Origin: a virus
Lineage: Duplodnaviria > Heunggongvirae > Uroviricota > Caudoviricetes
Reading direction: 5' to 3' (one strand)
IMG/VR virus record: IMGVR_UViG_2698536369_000025
Length of the DNA stretch: 14,679 bases
Part shown: positions 7,515 to 14,679 of the stretch, piece after piece
Position numbering within the stretch: the first letter of the stretch is position 1
How the letters are laid out: each line of letters opens with the position of its first letter
Translations under genes and position numbers: made by a program
Notes under the pieces: model-generated
The model's input: only the letters and a program-made list of their open reading frames with translations
What the model was told of the DNA's origin: nothing
Databases searched by the model: none

Positions 7515-9643
7515 AAAACGCACCGAATTTAAAATATCAGCCGAAGGATAAATTCACCGAGGTAATCATTTTTGCCGGGACGGATGCTTACGCCCATGCT
7601 CAACACTGGATTGAAAGCGAAGGACGAAAACACGGCGATAACGTGCCACCTGTTTATCTGGGGCCAAAGCAACTGGCAGACCTGGCGAATATCCGCATTA
7701 TTGACGCGAAACGCCGCTTTGCACGTGTCTATCTCGCGGGGGAGATAGAACCAATCCAGATCAATGCTATCGCTGAAAAGCTGGCGCTGGCTGGCGTACA
7801 GGAGGCGAAATTATACAAAGGTATCACCGACCGGGAGCCGGAGAACTGGCACGACTACCTGCAACGGATCCGCGAACAGGCCGAACGCGGGGAAACCATG
7901 ACGGAGGAAGTCAGGAGAGTGGGGGGATTGCCCGGAAGAACAGATCCCATGAAACCGCATATCACCGAAAAAGATGGTGCGCTCTGGTATGTCGAGCCAA
8001 TACCCAATACCAGAGCAGAGGAGCTGAATCATAAGGAAACCTGGTTGAGTGACAGGATGCGCACAGCGGGTATTGGTAATGACGGTCGGGAAGCGTATCT
8101 GATAATTGAAATGATCCCGGAAGGAACACAGAAAATTATTTACGAAGCGATGCCGCGCAATGAAATCGGTATGCCAGCAGGATGGGCGAGGTTACGTGGA
8201 CGGGGTGTTGCAATCACCACCAGCGCCCATTTACTGAATAAACTGGCGGAATACCTGCAACGTCAGGGAGATCGTACTGTGTGGGAGGTCACATCAACAG
8301 CCGGATGGCATTGTGGAGCCTATGTTATGCCAGATGGTGAGGTGATTGGTGTACCGGATCGTCCAGTGGCATTCTGTGGCGGATCTGCAGCCATCAAAGG
8401 CTATATCGTCAGGGGGACGGTACAGGAATGGAGGAATAATGTCGCCTCCCTGATGAGAGGTAATCACTCAATGATGCTTGGGGTACTGGTCGGACTGGCA
8501 GCACCCCTTAATTCTCTTGTGGGCGGAAGTTGTTTTGGTATCCACCTTTTCGCGCAGTCGTCAGCAGGGAAAACCACGACGGTGGAAGCTGCCACCAGTC
8601 TTTATGGCGATCCTGAAATGCTCAAACTTTCGTGGGATGCCACCCGGCACGGACTGACGGTGGAAGCTGCCGCACGTAATGATGGCTTTATCCCCATTGA
8701 TGAAATTGGTCAGGGAGGAAGGATTAATGACATCGCGCAATCCGCCTACAGCCTGTTTAACGGTGTGGGGAGAATTCAGGGACGAAAAGATGGCGGCAAT
8801 CGTGCAGTAATGCGCTGGAAAATAGCGGCACTAAGCACAGGGGAAGAAGATTTTGAGACCTTCCTGTTAAAAGGGGGGATCACCCCAAAAGCCGGGCAAC
8901 TGGTGCGGCTGCTAAGCGTTCCCTTTACCGATACAACGGTTTTTAACGGGTATGACGATGGTGATCAACATGCCAGAGCAATAAAGCGACTTTCATCAAA
9001 TTATTGTGGAGCTGCGGGGCGTGAGTGGGTGCGCTGGTTATCCGCTCATAAGGAACTGGCTATTAACACCACTTCCGATAAAGAAAATACCTGGCTGGGA
9101 AATCTGCCTGAAAATGCATCGTCACAGGTCAGACGTGTGGCTTCACGCTTTGCCATGCTGGATGCGGCCGGAGAACTTGCCACCGCAATTACTGGCTGGA
9201 CAGCCGAAGAATGCCGGGCAGCAACACAACGGGCTTTTGATGACTGGTTACAGGATTTCGGGCTGGAAAACCGGGAAAAATACCAGGTCATCAGCCGCGC
9301 CCGTGATTTTATTCAGCGCCATGCCCTGAGCCGTTTTCAGCCTTATACCTACGGGAAAAGCAATGGAAATATGGATAACCACTATGCATCCCGTATAAAC
9401 AACCTTGCAGGGTATCTTGTCAGTGGTAAGCGTGAGGATGGAAAACCCGAATATCACATTATCCCGTCAGTGTTTGATGGCGAAATTTTATGCGGCATAT
9501 CCAGGAACTTTGGGTGTCAGGCGCTGGAGGAAGCCGGAATGCTGGTTTGTGCAGAACCCGGTCGCTGGACATCGAAAACGGTGAAGATTAACGGAACACA
9601 GCAGCGATTTATCGTGCTGATTGACCAGGCTGAAGACGAATAA
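7511..9643 (+). CDS. Putative replication initiation protein of the element: P-loop NTPase, primase/helicase-like (DUF927-type), 710 aa
   Basis: GTG 7511 with GGGGAGG 7494-7500. Walker A HLFAQSSAGKTT and Walker B-like GFIPIDEIGQ in the central region; conserved TAGWH motif; comparable in size and position to P4 alpha-type proteins. An iteron array lies immediately downstream. Family assignment is from recalled motifs. Confidence 0.8.
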   Translation: MKNAPNLKYQPKDKFTEVIIFAGTDAYAHAQHWIESEGRKHGDNVPPVYLGPKQLADLANIRIIDAKRRFARVYLAGEIEPIQINAIAEKLALAGVQEAKLYKGITDREPENWHDYLQRIREQAERGETMTEEVRRVGGLPGRTDPMKPHITEKDGALWYVEPIPNTRAEELNHKETWLSDRMRTAGIGNDGREAYLIIEMIPEGTQKIIYEAMPRNEIGMPAGWARLRGRGVAITTSAHLLNKLAEYLQRQGDRTVWEVTSTAGWHCGAYVMPDGEVIGVPDRPVAFCGGSAAIKGYIVRGTVQEWRNNVASLMRGNHSMMLGVLVGLAAPLNSLVGGSCFGIHLFAQSSAGKTTTVEAATSLYGDPEMLKLSWDATRHGLTVEAAARNDGFIPIDEIGQGGRINDIAQSAYSLFNGVGRIQGRKDGGNRAVMRWKIAALSTGEEDFETFLLKGGITPKAGQLVRLLSVPFTDTTVFNGYDDGDQHARAIKRLSSNYCGAAGREWVRWLSAHKELAINTTSDKENTWLGNLPENASSQVRRVASRFAMLDAAGELATAITGWTAEECRAATQRAFDDWLQDFGLENREKYQVISRARDFIQRHALSRFQPYTYGKSNGNMDNHYASRINNLAGYLVSGKREDGKPEYHIIPSVFDGEILCGISRNFGCQALEEAGMLVCAEPGRWTSKTVKINGTQQRFIVLIDQAEDE

Positions 9644-9674
9644 AACCGCCTACGCTCGCAGAGGGTCAAAAATC

Positions 9675-9949
9675 GCGGGATATGCGGGATATCGGGATAT
9701 GAAAAATATATTATATAGATATCAATTACTTATGTGTCGTTATCGTATCCCGCCATATCCCGCCGTATCCCGGTATTTTGGTTTACGAATGGTTTAAAAA
9801 CAAACGAAATCACTGTATCCCGGAACGTATCCCGCAATATGTTATTGATGCATAAGCAAAAAAAAACTTACCGGGATATGGCGGGATACGAAAAATCGCA
9901 TAACATAATGAAAAATAAGTTGTTTTTTGTTTGTATCCCGATATCCCGG
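9675..9949. repeat. Iteron array / putative origin of replication: about 12 copies of CGGGATA(T/C) in direct and inverted orientation flanking an AT-rich stretch
   Basis: GCGGGATAT at 9675-9683 and 9684-9692, CGGGATAT 9693-9700; AT-rich 9701-9744; inverted copies GTATCCCGCC 9745-9754, ATATCCCGCC 9755-9764, GTATCCCGG 9765-9773, 9815-9823, GTATCCCGC 9827-9835; CCGGGATAT 9871-9879, GGCGGGATA 9880-9888; GTATCCCG 9933-9940, ATATCCCGG 9941-9949. Confidence 0.6.
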
Positions 9950-10103
9950 TAAAAAATGGTTTTTTACGCCTTATAGAGTACAGAAAAGTGATTGCTCAAA
10001 TTTTGTATTACAGGTGGCTACCGTCAGCCATCCGACCTGGAAAAGGCATAAAAGCAGATATGTCATTTTGACAATCAGACTGTTTTGATGATTACACGCC
10101 GAT

Positions 10104-10661
10104 ATGACGGCAACAATGATGGGGAAGAGCATGCCAAAGCTGACCATTAACAGAAAGCCAAAAGGCATTTACGGCACGCCGCAGAAAACGACGCAGGCGG
10201 CACAGGAGCAGGATAAAACCACATCGGCACATAAAGTGATGCCCGGTAACCAGAAAGCGCAGCAGAAGCCCACAGGGGCGACACCGTGGCGGCATATGAC
10301 CAAACGGCAGCGCAAAAACCGCAGGCGCGTTAACCGCCTCACTGAGTTGTGGCCTGAATTATTCAGCCGGGAAGCACCGAAGCCGCTTAAGGTGGGGATA
10401 TTCGACGACCTGATGCAGGATCTCGCCGTCAGGGGGCTGGCATTCGGGCCAGGGGCATTACGTGCGACGCTGGCATCTTATGCGCAGTGTCCGCGCTATT
10501 ACCGCGCCTTAATGGCTGGTGGGGTACGCTACGACCTGAAAGGCCAGCCGTGCGGCGAGGTGACACCACAGGAACAACAGGACGCAGAAACGCGGCTGGT
10601 GGCGCTGAATGAGAAGCGCAAACGTCAGCGCCGGGCAGCAAAGGAGAAAACAGGTGCATGA
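10104..10661 (+). CDS. ProQ/FinO-family RNA-binding protein (185 aa as drawn; true start may be an internal ATG near 10131)
   Basis: Segment PLKVGIFDDLMQDL...LRATLASYAQCPRYYRALMAGGVRYDLKGQPCGEV parallels the ProQ N-terminal FinO-like domain (PLKIGIF.DL......LR.AL..Y......Y.......R.DL.G.PCGE); basic N- and C-terminal tails. Confidence 0.8.
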   Translation: MTATMMGKSMPKLTINRKPKGIYGTPQKTTQAAQEQDKTTSAHKVMPGNQKAQQKPTGATPWRHMTKRQRKNRRRVNRLTELWPELFSREAPKPLKVGIFDDLMQDLAVRGLAFGPGALRATLASYAQCPRYYRALMAGGVRYDLKGQPCGEVTPQEQQDAETRLVALNEKRKRQRRAAKEKTGA

Positions 10662-10945
10662 TTCACGACAGCAAAGCGGAAGCACTGGAAGCGCGTGGTC
10701 TGTACCGGAGAGCGGCGGAACGGTGGGCTGAGGTCATTATGCTGGCGAACGGTGACAAGGCACGGGAACAGGCGGCAAAGCGCCGTGCGGAATGTATCCG
10801 CAAGGCAGCACGCCCACCAGCAAAGCAGGATAATTTCGGGGAGATGCGCGAAACCATCAGCCGGGCACATGCCGGAATGGGATTACATCAGCCCAATGGT
10901 AAGGCATTCAGGAAATATCCTGGATCGAAAAATTGCAGTCAGTGA
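10658..10945 (+). CDS. PerC-family transcriptional regulator-like protein, 95 aa
   Basis: ATG 10658 overlaps the stop of the previous gene (ATGA). N-terminal AEALEARGLYRRAAERWAEVIM matches the PerC/Pch motif (LE.KGLWRRAA..W..VM), recalled from memory. Confidence 0.65.
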   Translation: MIHDSKAEALEARGLYRRAAERWAEVIMLANGDKAREQAAKRRAECIRKAARPPAKQDNFGEMRETISRAHAGMGLHQPNGKAFRKYPGSKNCSQ

Positions 10946-11055
10946 CGGAGGCCGGGATTTTTCCCGGCCTTATTGCATTTCATTAATTGCAATATTTATT
11001 GCTATCATTTCATTTTGTGCAATTGTTGTGGTTGTTATTATTCGGGAGAAAAATC

Positions 11056-11223
11056 ATGAAAGGTCACGGAGTAAAGCCAGTTTTACTTTCCCGGAGGCAG
11101 ATTGAAGCCCTGCAACGTATCCAGGACGAAGAGCGTCAGAAATCTGTGCTTGGTGTGGCGCCGTCGATTCATGTTATTGCCCGGCAACTGATGGATAAGG
11201 CACTTAAAGAGGTGAGACTGTGA
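11056..11223 (+). CDS. Hypothetical small protein, 55 aa (MKGHGVKPVLLSRRQIEALQRIQDEE...)
   Basis: ATG 11056 with GGGAG 11044-11048; stop overlaps the next start. The longer six-frame ORF from 10987 has a hydrophobic, RBS-less leader, so the shorter form is preferred. Confidence 0.55.
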   Translation: MKGHGVKPVLLSRRQIEALQRIQDEERQKSVLGVAPSIHVIARQLMDKALKEVRL

Positions 11224-11492
11224 AATTAAATATCAGAGTGGATAAACGCCAGCTATGGCAGAAAAAAGAGAACAGCGAGGCATTCAGGGCGTTGCTGGTG
11301 GAAAATCTTCAGCACCGGTTCAGTGGAGAGTTGCCTGATGCGCTGGGGAAGAAACTGGAATCTCTGACAGTGGAAATTGGCGATTATGGTTTTGTTGATG
11401 TTGAAAGCACGACAGCCAACACAGAAATCGTAAAACAGGTCGTCAACGATGTAATGAAAACCACGCTTAGTCAGCCATCCTGGCGTAACTGA
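11220..11492 (+). CDS. Hypothetical protein, 90 aa
   Basis: GTG 11220 overlapping the previous stop (GTGA); followed by a GC-rich hairpin at 11499-11519. Confidence 0.55.
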   Translation: MKLNIRVDKRQLWQKKENSEAFRALLVENLQHRFSGELPDALGKKLESLTVEIGDYGFVDVESTTANTEIVKQVVNDVMKTTLSQPSWRN

Positions 11493-11498
11493 ATCAAC

Positions 11499-11520
11499 AA
11501 GGGGCAGTTATTGCCCCTTT
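11499..11520 (+). terminator. Putative intrinsic terminator hairpin
   Basis: AAGGGGCA (11499-11506), loop GTTAT, TGCCCCTT (11512-11519), then T. The U-tract is short, so efficiency is uncertain. Confidence 0.4.
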
Positions 11521-11590
11521 CCTCCATATCCACAACGCATTCCTTTTCCGCATGAAATTATTTTTATCGTATATGCATGAGGTGAGCCAC

Positions 11591-12118
11591 ATGTTGATGA
11601 GTAAAGCTGAATACGCCAAACACAAAGGCGTAAGCCGCCAGACAGTTTACGACTGGATCGAGAAAGGCGAAGTGGTTATGTCCGGTAAAAAAATCGATGT
11701 GGAAGCGACAGAGCAGCGGAACAGCCCACCAGCACAGGGAAAAGACGCAGTTTCTGAAATGTGGCCAGAAAGAACGCTGGAAATGACGTGGGGCGAGTTC
11801 TGGAAAGCAGTTAAGGCCAGAGACGGTAAAATCCCTGCACCAGTAACGGACGATGACATACGGCAGCGTGTGCTGAATGCAGCCGGGGAATTAGGCTGGG
11901 AAGTGCAATTTCTTGATGGTGGTGCTATCTGCCTTGAGGATTGCGACGGGCAGCATTACTTTGAACAATACAATTTGCGGGGTAATGCCTGGCTGGCAAT
12001 TCGTATGTTGCGTTGTGAACTATGCTATGTTGCCAGCGATTGTCCCGATGAACAGGACACATGGAGTGAGGCAGGACTAAACGCCCTGGCTGAATGGGAA
12101 AAATCAGGCCATCAATGA
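11591..12118 (+). CDS. Putative HTH DNA-binding protein with Cys-rich C-terminal region, about 175 aa
   Basis: Preferred start ATG 11591 with GAGGTGAG 11579-11586 (the six-frame ORF starts at 11552 without an RBS). N-terminus SKAEYAKHKGVSRQTVYDWIEKGEV is a helix-turn-helix of the excisionase/MerR-like type. C-terminus has CLEDCDGQH...CELCYVASDC. TGA 12116-12118. Confidence 0.7.
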   Translation: MLMSKAEYAKHKGVSRQTVYDWIEKGEVVMSGKKIDVEATEQRNSPPAQGKDAVSEMWPERTLEMTWGEFWKAVKARDGKIPAPVTDDDIRQRVLNAAGELGWEVQFLDGGAICLEDCDGQHYFEQYNLRGNAWLAIRMLRCELCYVASDCPDEQDTWSEAGLNALAEWEKSGHQ

Positions 12119-12122
12119 CCTC

Positions 12123-12326
12123 AAAAAGTGTCAAGTTGAGCAGCTTTCCAGGTTGACACTTTACACTCTGAACGCGAAAAAGTGTCAACCTCGCTGTAAA
12201 CCCCGTCGTTACTGGCTTTGCGCCAGATTTACCACGTCAAAAAACCGAAAAATCGCGAAAAGTGTCAAGTTGCCATGCTTAGAAATGCTAAGGTTTGATA
12301 AGGTTTTTCGCGAAAAAGTGTCAACC
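12123..12326. repeat. Array of five AAAGTGTCAA boxes (two flavours: ...TGTCAAGTTG and ...TGTCAACC), one inverted; putative operator/iteron sites
   Basis: AAAAAGTGTCAAGTTG 12123-12138; inverted GGTTGACACTTT 12151-12162; GCGAAAAAGTGTCAACC 12174-12190; CGCGAAAAGTGTCAAGTTG 12254-12272; CGCGAAAAAGTGTCAACC 12309-12326. Lies between the HTH gene and a small ORF, upstream of the AT-rich cargo. Confidence 0.6.
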
Positions 12327-12356
12327 AGCCCCCTAAGATTTCCTAAGGTGTAAACC

Positions 12357-12536
12357 ATGACCATCACCGAAGCCGATATGCTGGAGATGATCCGCAGCAT
12401 TGCCGAAATCAAACAATCAGCAAGCAAAATTAACAGGTGTTCAGCGCCTGTTTCCGTTGTGCTGCAACAGGAACGCCACCAGCAGGATGATGTGAGGCCG
12501 TATCAGTGGAAGAAACTGGACAGGCTGCGACGGTGA
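12357..12536 (+). CDS. Hypothetical small protein, 59 aa (MTITEADMLEMIRSIAEIKQSASKINR...); below the size cutoff of the supplied ORF track
   Basis: ATG 12357 with AAGGTG six nt upstream; TGA 12534-12536; host-like GC; last gene before the compositional drop. Confidence 0.45.
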   Translation: MTITEADMLEMIRSIAEIKQSASKINRCSAPVSVVLQQERHQQDDVRPYQWKKLDRLRR

Positions 12537-12929
12537 GCGGAGCGTTACGGTAAGCCAACAGCCAAGCCAAACATTAAGTCTACAGGTAAGGTTGTTTTTT
12601 TGCAGGTGGCATTAATTTGTATGTTGGTTTGAGGAGCATTTTTACTGAGACTGTCTGTTCTGGTTAGTTTTTTCGTATGATATACACCTCATCAAAATTG
12701 TCCGACAGTGTGGAGCGGCGTGGCGGGGAGAGTATTGTGTGCTAGAGATTATAGTTACACTTTAATCTACGACACGATCGTAATTTTTCACTCTTCTTTT
12801 CAGATAAGCTACTACTGAGTTCACAAAAATAACATTATTTTATATCCATGCGTTATCTTTATCTGATATTAATGTGCTGTTCGGTCTTTTTTTGACTGCA
12901 AACGGCATGAATCATATTAAGGAAACCAA

Positions 12930-13091
12930 GTGAAAATATCTTTTTTTGGCGTAAATAACTTTAGGACAATATCAGGTGGCATTGGTAATAATAGAATAAT
13001 ATTTAAAGATACCAATACGCTTTTCATTTACGGGGCAAATAATGCTGGAAAATCAACTTATTTAAAAGCATATATGTTTTTTTTACAGTAA
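12930..13091 (+). CDS. N-terminal fragment (53 codons) of an OLD-family ABC-type ATPase carrying the Walker A motif; out of frame with the downstream part because of a T8 run
   Basis: GTG 12930 with AAGGAAA 12919-12925. Translation VKISFFGVNNFRTISGGIGNNRIIFKDTNTLFIYGANNAGKSTYLKAYMFFLQ* has the same opening architecture as P2 Old/GajA-type ATPases (as recalled). TAA 13089-13091 follows the T8 run 13077-13084. Confidence 0.6.
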   Translation: MKISFFGVNNFRTISGGIGNNRIIFKDTNTLFIYGANNAGKSTYLKAYMFFLQ

Positions 13092-13173
13092 TGAAAAACC
13101 TATCATTGATGATTTCTTTAAACGAGACGACAATAATTCTATTGAGTTCGAATTAGAAGTTCAACTTGATGAC

Positions 13174-14679
13174 TTGGATAAAGAAAGAATAGAAGCCAAA
13201 GCACCGAAGCAAAAGGAAAGTTATAAGAAGTATTTAAATAATGATTTTATTAGAATTAAGAAAGTATGGAGTAAAAATGGAACAAGAATAGAGGATAAAA
13301 ATTATACTTATGATTATAGTAAAGGAGATAGCGGCGAGTATGATGAAGTTGGATATGCAACAATTGGTTTGCATCAGGTCTTCCAATCTTGTTTGCCAAA
13401 ACCTGTATTTATAAAGGCTATGCCAACAGAGGAAGAAGCTAAGAAGATTCTTAATGAAATCCTAAAGATGATGGCTGAAAATACACTTAAAACATCTGAT
13501 CTTGATGAATTAAAAGCAGCTCAGAATAAAATAAAAGAATTACAAGACAAAATGTATGATCCAGAATTAATTGAAACCTATCAGAATTCAGTTAACGGAT
13601 ACTTTAACAAGATATTCGGTGATACTGCTATATGCTTCAAAGATCAAAAAGATAGGGTTGTTTGGACGGAGAATAAGCTTGGCAGAGATTTTGAAATTGA
13701 GTTTATGAAAAAAAATAGCCAAGGGGAGTTTGATGGCAATATCCCTTCAAGTTATAGCAGTGTAGGTCATGGAACTATTAGGACTGCAATATTTACATTA
13801 TTATTGATGAGAGATGTAGCAGAGCGTTTTGAAAGAAGGCTTGGACGTAAAGATTACATGGTTCTGTTTGAGGAGCCTGAGCTATTTCTCTATCCTAGAA
13901 TGGTGAAGGAACTTCGTGAATTGATTTATCAGGTGAGCACTGAAGACCTTCCATATCAAGTACTTTGTGCCTCACATTCATCTTCCATGATAGATCTTTC
14001 AAAGCCTAAATCTTCGATAATACGATTAGTTAATAATTCTACTGGAACTAAATCATATCAAATTAATGATCAATTTTTGAAGGATGCAAAAGGCATTGCT
14101 ACAAATGCTGAACTTAAACAAGAAATGTATGAAGTTTTGAGGTTCAACCCTTATATTTGTGAATCATTCTACGCTGATGAGGTACTTCTGATTGAGGGGC
14201 CAACAGAAGAAATAATATGTAGAGCTTTTTTACAAGAAACCCCATCAGATAAATCTATATTCGTATTGAACTGTGGTACGGTTAATAACATTCCTTTTTA
14301 TCAAAAAATCTTCTCAAGGTTTAATATAAAATATCATGTGATCTGTGATACAGATAAAGCAGAAATAGTTACCGTAGATCAATCTGGCAATGCAGATTTT
14401 GATTCTGGAATACAGAAAACAATTTCAGAACAGTATAGGAATGATTGTACTGCAATGAATGGTAATATAGGACTACTTCGAACTCATAACATTACATTTG
14501 AACCTGCTCATCAAGATGTTAGTATTCCTGACTTTTTGAGATTTGTTGATTGCGGTGATAGAAGCAAACCATTTAATGCAAACTTGTACTGGAAGGATAT
14601 TTTAAGGCCAAATATATCACATCAAGATATAAATAAAGTGCCTATAATTAAGTATTTGAATGAAATAATAGCACATTAA
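13174..14679 (+). CDS. OLD-family (overcoming lysogenisation defect) ATPase-Toprim nuclease-like protein, C-terminal about 500 aa; candidate anti-phage defence gene; frameshifted relative to its N-terminal Walker A fragment
   Basis: Open frame runs back to 13066 without a stop; the track start at 13174 is TTG. Motifs: GHGTIRTA (Q-loop/signature-like), VLFEEPELFLYP (Walker B), CASHSS (H-loop), then Toprim-like LLIEGPTEE and a DTD acidic motif (VICDTDK). AT-rich (15/60 and 21/60 G+C in two counted 60-nt samples, against 32/60 in the replication gene). TAA is the last codon of the window. Confidence 0.8.
   Translation: MDKERIEAKAPKQKESYKKYLNNDFIRIKKVWSKNGTRIEDKNYTYDYSKGDSGEYDEVGYATIGLHQVFQSCLPKPVFIKAMPTEEEAKKILNEILKMMAENTLKTSDLDELKAAQNKIKELQDKMYDPELIETYQNSVNGYFNKIFGDTAICFKDQKDRVVWTENKLGRDFEIEFMKKNSQGEFDGNIPSSYSSVGHGTIRTAIFTLLLMRDVAERFERRLGRKDYMVLFEEPELFLYPRMVKELRELIYQVSTEDLPYQVLCASHSSSMIDLSKPKSSIIRLVNNSTGTKSYQINDQFLKDAKGIATNAELKQEMYEVLRFNPYICESFYADEVLLIEGPTEEIICRAFLQETPSDKSIFVLNCGTVNNIPFYQKIFSRFNIKYHVICDTDKAEIVTVDQSGNADFDSGIQKTISEQYRNDCTAMNGNIGLLRTHNITFEPAHQDVSIPDFLRFVDCGDRSKPFNANLYWKDILRPNISHQDINKVPIIKYLNEIIAH

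Noticed and set aside
9675-9949. Possible CRISPR array, considered because of the many short repeats
   Set aside because: The repeat unit is only 7-9 bp, occurs in both orientations with irregular spacing, and has no uniform spacers. It fits iterons, not CRISPR. The same reasoning applies to the AAAGTGTCAA boxes at 12123-12326.
9734-9952. 72-aa plus-strand ORF inside the iteron region, and the 12209..12427 minus-strand ORF inside the AAAGTGTCAA array
   Set aside because: Both sit entirely in repeat-dense non-coding-looking DNA, have no RBS, and their translations merely reflect the repeats.
10625-11105. Alternative-frame ORFs overlapping the PerC-like gene (10695..11105 plus, 10625..10870 and 10663..10857 minus)
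   Set aside because: They overlap a gene with a recognisable family motif and a coupled start. Their translations are Arg/Ser/Ala-rich, typical of out-of-frame reading of GC-rich DNA.
12892-12920. Sigma70-like promoter TTGACT-17 nt-TATTAA upstream of the OLD-like gene
   Set aside because: The spacing is ideal, but the -10 hexamer overlaps the SD (AAGGAAA), so a transcript from here would be nearly leaderless. In AT-rich DNA such matches occur by chance. It needs transcription start mapping.
1445-14679. Search for attR (a second copy of the thrW 3' end), insertion sequences, transposases or terminal inverted repeats
   Set aside because: None found within the window. The right end of the element is presumably beyond 14679.

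Overview
The window opens on core chromosome: a complete proA (1..1254) followed by tRNA-Thr(CGU) thrW (1369..1444), the enterobacterial (E. coli-like) arrangement. Everything 3' of the tRNA is a horizontally acquired integrative element whose right end lies beyond the window. In order it carries: a P4-type tyrosine integrase beside the tRNA; a lower-GC orphan gene; an array of ACCCT-N-AGGGT palindromes and tandem repeats upstream of an AlpA-family regulator; an AntA-like antirepressor; a convergent small RHH-like gene facing a divergent operator array; a translationally coupled operon of six small ORFs feeding into a 710-aa P-loop replication protein; an iteron-rich origin-like region; ProQ/FinO-like and PerC-like regulators; small ORFs and an HTH protein; an array of AAAGTGTCAA boxes; and an AT-rich cargo gene encoding an OLD-family ATPase-Toprim nuclease-like protein. 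That last gene is the best candidate for an anti-phage defence module. It is split by a one-base frameshift in a T8 run and its stop codon is the last three bases of the window, so any partner genes are out of view. No capsid, sid, psu or delta genes were recognised, so this looks like a satellite/P4-like integrative island rather than canonical P4. All family assignments are from reading the translations by eye; no database search was run.
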